The translations under genes and the position numbers were made by a program. Below, in pieces: positions 58,186 to 64,000 of a stretch of 64,000 bases of DNA; positions within the stretch are counted from its first letter, which is position 1; each line of letters starts with the position of its first letter. The notes below the pieces were generated by a model. That model searched no databases, was not told where the DNA came from, and saw only the letters and a program-made list of their open reading frames with translations. Source of the DNA: an uncultured delta proteobacterium (GTDB lineage Bacteria; Desulfobacterota; Binatia; UBA9968); contig CAVXEP010000017.1 of the NCBI GenBank assembly GCA_963760795.1, forward strand, positions 12,686 through 76,685. The letters run 5' to 3'.

Positions 58186-59667
58186 TCACAGCCCCTGGGC
58201 CGCCGCGTTTCTGCCAGCCAATCGGGAAAACACCACATTGCGCGTCTGACCGGTGCAGGACGGATAGTTATGAAAAAACAAACCGACGATGTCGCCGGAA
58301 GCGAATAGCCCGCGGATCGGATTGTTCGAAGTGTTGAGCACCTGGGCTTGGGTATTGATCTGCAAGCCGCCGAAAGTGAATGTAACACCGCCGGTAATCG
58401 CGTAGGCGAAGTAGGGCGGTTTGTCGAGGGTATCGGCCCAGTGGGATTTTTTCGGCGTGATGCCCTCGGTGCAGCGGCCGTCCAGTTTGGTCGCATCGAA
58501 CGGGATGTCTTTGCGGATGGCACCGTTGAACTCGTCGATGGTCCGCTTGAGAATCATCGGCTCAATGCTGATCTTCTGCGCCAACTCTTCAATCGTGTTC
58601 GCTTCGATGGGATGGGAAAATTCGTAATAGCGCTTGTTCAAAAGCCCCAGCGCCTTCTGATCGTAGATTTGATAGGCGATGGCACCCGGCTGCGCGAGCA
58701 CCGCCCAACCGGTCTTGGCGTAGGTGTAGGAATGGCGCGCTTCGCCCTCGTCGAAAAAGCGCTGGCCGAGAGAATTGACGGTGATGCCGTAGGTGTAGCC
58801 GTAGCGATTGGCCTTGTTGCTGATCTCGACATCGGGAAAGGTCGCGTCGATCGGCGTCGCATGGGCGCCCTGCCAATGGCCGGCGGTTTTGGCGCCCATG
58901 TCGATGGCCATCATCAGCACTTCGCCGGTATCATGCTTGCTGCCGCGCACCTTCATCAGATCGGCGTTGGGGCCGAGATAGCGCGCCCGCTTCTCCGCGC
59001 TCGCCTGGAATCCGCCGGCGCACAGAATCACCGAGTTGGCGCGAATTTCATACTCTTCGTTGGGATCCGAGACACGCACACCCTCGATTCGCCGGTCGTT
59101 GCCGAGCAGCGCCGCAACCCGCGACTCGTAGCGCAGCTCGATGCCCATCTTGGTGGCGATCTCGCGCCACTGCATGAGTTGATCCAGTCCGCCCTCAACG
59201 CCGCCGCGCGGATGGATCACCATCCCCGGTTCGAAGTAATATTTCCCGTCGATGATCACATAGCTGTCGATGTCCCATTTGATGCCGACTTCGCGCATCC
59301 AATGGATCGCCGCGGTGGACTGCGTCACCAAGACCTCGGACAGTTCTTTGCTGATCCGTCCCTTGGTCACCCGCTGCAGATCGGCGTGAAATTGTTCCGC
59401 GGTATAGGCCGGGATATGCAGCTTGGCGAACAGCTCTTCGTCCATGTCCGGCAGGAACTTGCGAATCTCCTCCGGGCCGGAAAACACCCAGCGAAAACCG
59501 GTGTGCGAATAACGCGCGTTGCCGCCGAACTCCGGCTCCGGCGCCTTCTCCAACATCACGACTTTAGGCGCGCCCGCTTGCTTCGCCGCCACCGCCGCTT
59601 CAAAGGCGGCGCTGCCGCCGCCGACAACTACCACCGGGATGTCTTCCGTTCTCACGAGTTCCTCCAT
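58186..59667 (-). CDS. FAD-dependent flavoprotein, tricarballylate dehydrogenase TcuA-like (fumarate-reductase flavoprotein fold), paralog 1
   Basis: 493-aa intact ORF. Motifs: VVVVGGGSAAFEAAVAAKQAGA, FGGNARYSHTGFR, ITGGVTFTFGGLQIN, GLFASGDIVGLFFHNYPSCTGQT. Confidence 0.65.
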   Translation of the reverse strand: MEELVRTEDIPVVVVGGGSAAFEAAVAAKQAGAPKVVMLEKAPEPEFGGNARYSHTGFRWVFSGPEEIRKFLPDMDEELFAKLHIPAYTAEQFHADLQRVTKGRISKELSEVLVTQSTAAIHWMREVGIKWDIDSYVIIDGKYYFEPGMVIHPRGGVEGGLDQLMQWREIATKMGIELRYESRVAALLGNDRRIEGVRVSDPNEEYEIRANSVILCAGGFQASAEKRARYLGPNADLMKVRGSKHDTGEVLMMAIDMGAKTAGHWQGAHATPIDATFPDVEISNKANRYGYTYGITVNSLGQRFFDEGEARHSYTYAKTGWAVLAQPGAIAYQIYDQKALGLLNKRYYEFSHPIEANTIEELAQKISIEPMILKRTIDEFNGAIRKDIPFDATKLDGRCTEGITPKKSHWADTLDKPPYFAYAITGGVTFTFGGLQINTQAQVLNTSNNPIRGLFASGDIVGLFFHNYPSCTGQTRNVVFSRLAGRNAAAQGL

Positions 59668-59707
59668 CTATCCGGACAAACTGTTTAATGTGAATTTGCC
59701 TGTGTAG

Positions 59708-59735
59708 GATGGGTGGAGCGCAGCGATACCCATCA
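59708..59735. repeat. short palindromic repeat (GGATGGGT...ACCCATC)
   Basis: ggatgggtggagcgcagcgatacccatc. The core gagcgcagcgatacccatc recurs as gagcgaagcgatacccatc at about 58059-58077. Confidence 0.55.
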
Positions 59736-59777
59736 ATCTGCTTATTTTAAAAAATGCAATTTGCAATGCCCGAAGGG

Positions 59778-61244
59778 CTATAGCCCCTGCGCCGCCGCGT
59801 TCCTTCCGGCCAAGCGCGAAAACACCACATTGCGCGTCTGTCCGGTGCAGGACGGATAGTTGTGGAAGAACAGACCAACGATATCGCCGGAGGCGAACAG
59901 GCCGCGAATCGGATTGCCGGAAGTATTTAACACCTGCGCCTGCGTATTGATCTGCAAGCCGCCGAAAGTGAATGTCACCCCGCCGGTTATCGAAAACGCC
60001 CAGTAAGGCGGCTTGTCGATTGGACTAGCCCAGTTGGATTTTTTCGGCGTGATGCCCTCAGTACACTTGCCGTCAAGTTTGGTCGCATCGAAGACGACAT
60101 CCTTGCGCGCCGCGTTGTTGAATTCCGTGACGGTGTGTTTGAGCACGGTGGGCTCGATGCCGATCTTGCCGGCCAGCTCGTCAATTGATTTCGCTTCTAT
60201 AGGCGTGGAGAACTCGTAACGGTTGCCAAGCAGCGGAATCGTCTTCTGATCGTAGATTTGATACGCCAACGCGCCAGGCTGACCGAGCACGGCCCAACCG
60301 GTCTTAGCGTAAGTATATGAATGGCGCGCTTCGCCTTCGTCGAAAAAGCGCTGCCCCAGAGTATTGACCGTGATGCTGTAAGGATAACCGTAACGATTGG
60401 CTTTGCTGCCGATCTCCACGTCGGGATAGGTCGAATCGATCGGCGTCGCGTGGGCGCCTTGCCAATGACCGGCGGCCTTGGCGCCCATGGCCAATGTCAT
60501 CATCAGCACTTCGCCGGTGTCATGCCGGCTGCCGCGCACCTTCATCAAATCGGCATTGGGCCCAAGATAGCGCGCGCGCATTTCCGCATTGGCCTGAAAG
60601 CCGCCGGCGCAAAGAACGATTGAGCCGCTTTTGATTTCGTATTCTTCGTTGGGGTCGGAGACCACGACACCTTCGATATGCCGGTCGTTGCCGAGTAACG
60701 CTTTGACCCGCGACTCGTAGCGCAGGTCGACACCCATGCCCAGCGCGATCTCGCGCCATTGTCCCAATTGGCCCAGTCCGCCGCCGACACCGCCGACCGG
60801 ATGGACCACCAATCCCGGCTCGAAATAATAGCGGCCGTCGATCACCACATGACTATCGATCTCCCACTTGATGCCCAACTCGCGCATCCAATGAATCGCC
60901 GCGTTGGACTGGCTCACCAGCACGTCGGCTAAAGTCTGGTCGATGCGGCCGCGCGTGACCCGCTGCAAATCGCCGTGAAAGAGTTCCGCTGAATAGGCCG
61001 GCAAATTCAGTTTCGCAAACATCGCGTCGTCGACATCCGGCAAAAATTGGCGGATCTCATCGGCGCCGGAAAACACCCAGCGAAAGCCGGTGTGTGAATA
61101 GCGCGCGTTGCCGCCAAACTCCGGCTCCGGCGCTTTTTCCAACATCACGACTTTCGGCGCGCCGGCTTGCTTGGCCGCCACCGCCGCTTCAAAGGCGGCA
61201 CTGCCGCCGCCGACAACCACTACGTGAATGTTTTCCGTTCTCAC
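59778..61244 (-). CDS. TcuA-like FAD flavoprotein, paralog 2 (tandem duplicate)
   Basis: 488-aa intact ORF, collinear with 58186-59667. By eye the two are roughly four fifths identical at protein level, and nearly identical over the first ~55 and last ~60 residues. Confidence 0.65.
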   Translation of the reverse strand: MRTENIHVVVVGGGSAAFEAAVAAKQAGAPKVVMLEKAPEPEFGGNARYSHTGFRWVFSGADEIRQFLPDVDDAMFAKLNLPAYSAELFHGDLQRVTRGRIDQTLADVLVSQSNAAIHWMRELGIKWEIDSHVVIDGRYYFEPGLVVHPVGGVGGGLGQLGQWREIALGMGVDLRYESRVKALLGNDRHIEGVVVSDPNEEYEIKSGSIVLCAGGFQANAEMRARYLGPNADLMKVRGSRHDTGEVLMMTLAMGAKAAGHWQGAHATPIDSTYPDVEIGSKANRYGYPYSITVNTLGQRFFDEGEARHSYTYAKTGWAVLGQPGALAYQIYDQKTIPLLGNRYEFSTPIEAKSIDELAGKIGIEPTVLKHTVTEFNNAARKDVVFDATKLDGKCTEGITPKKSNWASPIDKPPYWAFSITGGVTFTFGGLQINTQAQVLNTSGNPIRGLFASGDIVGLFFHNYPSCTGQTRNVVFSRLAGRNAAAQGL

Positions 61245-61293
61245 GGTGCAAAATTCTCCATCTTCGATGACAATTACTATAGCGAGTGAATCA

Positions 61294-62331
61294 TCAATTC
61301 TTTTTATACAAGCCCTGAATGAACCCGGAACTTTCGAGCTTGTTCATGAACGAGTTGTCGAGGAGCGTCTCGACGCGCACGTCGGCGATCTTTGGGTTGA
61401 GCTGGATTAAGAGTTTTTGCAGCCGCTTCATTCCCTCCACGCTGGTGTGCGGCGCGCGCTCATAGTTGGTGATCACGGCTTGATAGGATTCCTCGATATC
61501 GGCCGGATTGCTCAAACGCAGGTTAGTTGCCAAGAGCCGGCTCACGAGTTCCCTATTCGCCGGATCGTTAATCATCGCGATCGCCTCGATCGTGGCTTTC
61601 AAATGGCCTTCGATCACCTGCGGCTTTGTCGCCGCCGCGCGCCGCGTAATTACCATCATGTTCTGCGGCAGGGTCACGCCGGCGGCATTCAAATTATAGA
61701 GCAAGGTGTAACCTTTGTTGGCGTAGACCTCGCCCATCGCGCCTCTTAGCGTGGTGGCATCGACACTGCCGCTCTCAAGGGCCAAGCGCCGGTTCATTTC
61801 TGTCCCCGGTATCGTCAGAAAAGAAATCTTCGCTTGAACGGGGTCGAGATTGAGTCCTTGAAGCGCCAACATCGACACCAGATGCGACGTTGATCCTGGA
61901 CCGCTGACCGCGATCCGTTTGCCACGAAGGTCTTCCGGCTTCTTGATATCGGGGCGCGTGTTTAGGCGAAAATCCAGTTTCTGATTGAAGTTGGCGATGC
62001 CGGCGAGCTCCGCGCCGCTCAGACCAGCATTGACGAGATGGCCGGGACCGATGATCGCCGCGTCAATTTCACCCGCAAGCAAAGCCGCGATGGCCAAGGG
62101 ATTGCGCGGCATGAGTACGAACTGCATGTCGACGCCATACTTTTTGAACAAGCCGCGCTCGCGCGCCACCCAGACATGAGTCATGCTTTCGCTGGTCACG
62201 CTGGACGACAGATTTGATTTAGTCTGACCGCTCGAAGTACTCGGGAGGCAAAAAACCAGCGAGAGGATAACGAACATGCCACACGCGCCATACAACCGTC
62301 GGCGGCCATGAGGCAAAGTGATTCTCGTCAT
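61294..62331 (-). CDS. periplasmic solute-binding protein, NMT1/THI5-like
   Basis: 345-aa ORF. Signal-like FVILSLVFCLPSTSSG. Motif DLRGKRIAVSGPGSTSH. Confidence 0.72.
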   Translation of the reverse strand: MTRITLPHGRRRLYGACGMFVILSLVFCLPSTSSGQTKSNLSSSVTSESMTHVWVARERGLFKKYGVDMQFVLMPRNPLAIAALLAGEIDAAIIGPGHLVNAGLSGAELAGIANFNQKLDFRLNTRPDIKKPEDLRGKRIAVSGPGSTSHLVSMLALQGLNLDPVQAKISFLTIPGTEMNRRLALESGSVDATTLRGAMGEVYANKGYTLLYNLNAAGVTLPQNMMVITRRAAATKPQVIEGHLKATIEAIAMINDPANRELVSRLLATNLRLSNPADIEESYQAVITNYERAPHTSVEGMKRLQKLLIQLNPKIADVRVETLLDNSFMNKLESSGFIQGLYKKN

Positions 62332-62425
62332 CGCGCTGACTCCGTTTGTTCCGCTCTTGGATCGGCGACCGTATCGCCCTCGCCGAACAATCGAGGATAC
62401 GAGAAGCGGCTATCGTTACGGCTGA

Positions 62426-62818
62426 CTAGTCGCTCTTTTTCTCGCCCAGCGGCACGACATTTTGAAAGCCATGCTCGGAGATGTCGAAATAATTGCCATC
62501 GGGATCGGAGCCGCGGGTCTCGGCGTAGGGACGGCCGTTGGGACGGCCTTTCGGCAATTTGTTGGGGTTGACCTTTTTCATTCGGTCGACGATCTTCTCG
62601 CCGCTCTCCACTTCGAAGCCGAAATGGTACAGACCGTTGGGCGCGTTCTGTTCATGATTGGGCAGGATCGCTAGATTGAAATACCCGTCGGTCAGGAAAA
62701 TCGCGCCGCCTTCGTTTTTTTCCTTGTGTAGCATCTGCATCTCGAAGACGTCCATGTAGAAGGTCGCGAGCTTGCCGGTATCTTCCGTGCGAATGGCCAA
62801 ATGTTTGATCTTAGGCAT
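62426..62818 (-). CDS. VOC-family (glyoxalase/bleomycin-resistance/dioxygenase) protein
   Basis: 130-aa ORF: IKHLAIRTEDTGKLATFY...LYHFGFEVES...DPDGNYFDISEHGF. Confidence 0.75.
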   Translation of the reverse strand: MPKIKHLAIRTEDTGKLATFYMDVFEMQMLHKEKNEGGAIFLTDGYFNLAILPNHEQNAPNGLYHFGFEVESGEKIVDRMKKVNPNKLPKGRPNGRPYAETRGSDPDGNYFDISEHGFQNVVPLGEKKSD

Positions 62819-62854
62819 ATTGTCCTCCTAGGAAAAGTTTGTGAACGTAGAGAT

Positions 62855-63208
62855 TTATTTCGCGGCTTCGGCGCGGGTGATGCCGATGCCGAACGGTTCG
62901 GAACGGTTACCGAACAGCACCAACGGTCCGGTCCCCTTATTGATCAATTGATAATATTCTTTGGCTGGAAAAAAGACGATGTCATCTTTCTTCGCCACCC
63001 GCTCGCCGCCCTTGATATCTTTAATCGAGCACTCCCCCTGCACCACCAGAAACGTCTCCGGATTCTGGTGAAAATGCATCGGCGTGTCGTCACCCGGCTC
63101 GAAGTAAAGCATCCACGAGCGAAAATTATCCGTGCCAAAAAAATGGTTATTTTTAATCTTGCCTGCGCGCGCTGCGTCGATCTTCTGCCCGAGATTAATG
63201 CATTCCAT
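62855..63208 (-). CDS. cupin domain protein
   Basis: 117-aa ORF: PMHFHQNPETFLVVQGEC...FFPAKEYYQLIN. Confidence 0.7.
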   Translation of the reverse strand: MECINLGQKIDAARAGKIKNNHFFGTDNFRSWMLYFEPGDDTPMHFHQNPETFLVVQGECSIKDIKGGERVAKKDDIVFFPAKEYYQLINKGTGPLVLFGNRSEPFGIGITRAEAAK

Positions 63209-63295
63209 AGCGCCCTCCCAACCAGATTTTTCCGGTGGATCGAACCTATCGCGGCATGGGTTCGCTTGTCAATTGGCGGCGGTAAGAATGGCAGC

Positions 63296-63367
63296 GGAGT
63301 AATGGAGTGCTGGAGTATTGGAGTGGTGGGCTCCGGATAACCCATTACTCCACCACTCCAATACTCC
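63296..63367. repeat. GGAGTNNT-unit hairpin element, copy 3
   Basis: ggagtaatggagtgctggagtattggagtggtggg - ctccggataa - cccattactccaccactccaatactcc. Confidence 0.75.
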
Positions 63368-63378
63368 AACGAATCCGT

Positions 63379-64000
63379 TTATCGCAACTCCAGCTCGATC
63401 TGATCTTTATCGACGATCAGCGGCAGCATCGCTTCGCGAATGACTTTCTCGCTGACTTCGCCGAAGCGCTCTTTGAAACGGTCGAGGGGAACCACGGCTT
63501 TGGCCATGGCACGGTGGCCACCGGCGCTGCCGATATCGTCGTAGAGTTTTTTCATGATGTCGCCCGCGCTTTTAACGTAGCCGACGTTGCGCACGGAAAT
63601 CACCACGCGATCGTTGACGAGACCGGACACCACGCCCCAGTCGACGCCTTCGATCTGTAGACAGAACTCGGCCATCTGCGGAATCACGTCTTCGCGGTTG
63701 ACTTCGCCCAAGTAAATCACGGCGACCCCGTTGTCGACTTGCAGGTGGCTCAACGCCCGGCCCATCGCTTCAAGATCTTCCCGCGGCAAGGCCGGCCGCT
63801 CGATGCGCGTGATCATCGCCTTGTTGGCGAGCGGATAGAGATAGTTGAAGGCGCTCAAGTCGGCCAGGTTGCTGCCCCGTTCGAGAAACAGCGTATCGGT
63901 CTTGATGCCGTAGAGCAGCGCGGTGGCTAAGCGCTGCGACGGCTCCATGCCGGCGGCACGTAGATATTCCGTGAAGATCGTCGCCGTCGAGCCGTAGGCG
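63379..64000 (-). CDS. DHH/DHHA1-family phosphoesterase (NrnA-like), C-terminal part; gene continues past the right edge
   Basis: Track ORF 63379-63948 stays open upstream to the window end (...STATIFTEYLRAAGMEPSQRLATALLYGIKTDT...). The DHHA1 motif GGGH appears as SAGGHRAMA. Confidence 0.7.
   Translation of the reverse strand, partial: AYGSTATIFTEYLRAAGMEPSQRLATALLYGIKTDTLFLERGSNLADLSAFNYLYPLANKAMITRIERPALPREDLEAMGRALSHLQVDNGVAVIYLGEVNREDVIPQMAEFCLQIEGVDWGVVSGLVNDRVVISVRNVGYVKSAGDIMKKLYDDIGSAGGHRAMAKAVVPLDRFKERFGEVSEKVIREAMLPLIVDKDQIELELR

Noticed and set aside
17386-63367. Whether the repeated short units and hairpins could be CRISPR arrays.
   Set aside because: There is no regular repeat-spacer periodicity. 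The units are only 7-19 nt long, arrays have at most about 4 units, the arms are inverted rather than direct, and no cas genes are present.
1-64000. Mobile elements, prophage genes, toxin-antitoxin pairs, restriction-modification systems or other defence systems.
   Set aside because: No transposase, integrase, recombinase, large ATPase/nuclease or methyltransferase-endonuclease pair could be recognised in any frame. Gene content is metabolic and housekeeping throughout.

Overview
GC-rich bacterial chromosomal segment. I found no rRNA, tRNA, CRISPR array, transposase, integrase or phage genes. Left to right: (i) a minus-strand pentose-phosphate operon, tkt-rpiB-tal/pgi-gnd. (ii) Directly upstream on the same strand, a six-gene arsenosugar-type cluster: ArsM-like methyltransferase, radical-SAM ArsS, a TVP38 membrane domain fused to a pyridine-nucleotide-disulfide oxidoreductase, DUF547, and two glycosyltransferase-like genes. 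(iii) prfB with its programmed +1 frameshift site, then ybeY. (iv) About 20 kb of catabolic genes: two ornithine-cyclodeaminase-family genes, an isochorismatase-family gene, an M24 hydrolase, a bicupin, two luciferase-like oxidoreductases, an alpha/beta hydrolase and a three-subunit molybdenum hydroxylase. (v) A small string of GFA, Mpg, retropepsin-like protease and deoxyribonucleotidase. (vi) A 12-gene nuo operon (nuoA,C,D,E,F,G,H,J,K,L,M,N) with no room for nuoB or nuoI. (vii) Two tandem TcuA-like flavoproteins. Three patterns run through the whole window. First, nine periplasmic solute-binding-protein genes occur without a single permease or ATPase gene. Second, many roughly 80-nt hairpin repeats have arms built from tandem 7-8-nt units, and they often fill gaps inside operons. 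Third, about 22 single-nucleotide frame breaks lie inside conserved genes, several at short homopolymers, which looks like assembly indel error rather than gene decay. All calls rest on reading the six-frame translations and the DNA by eye. No database search was run.
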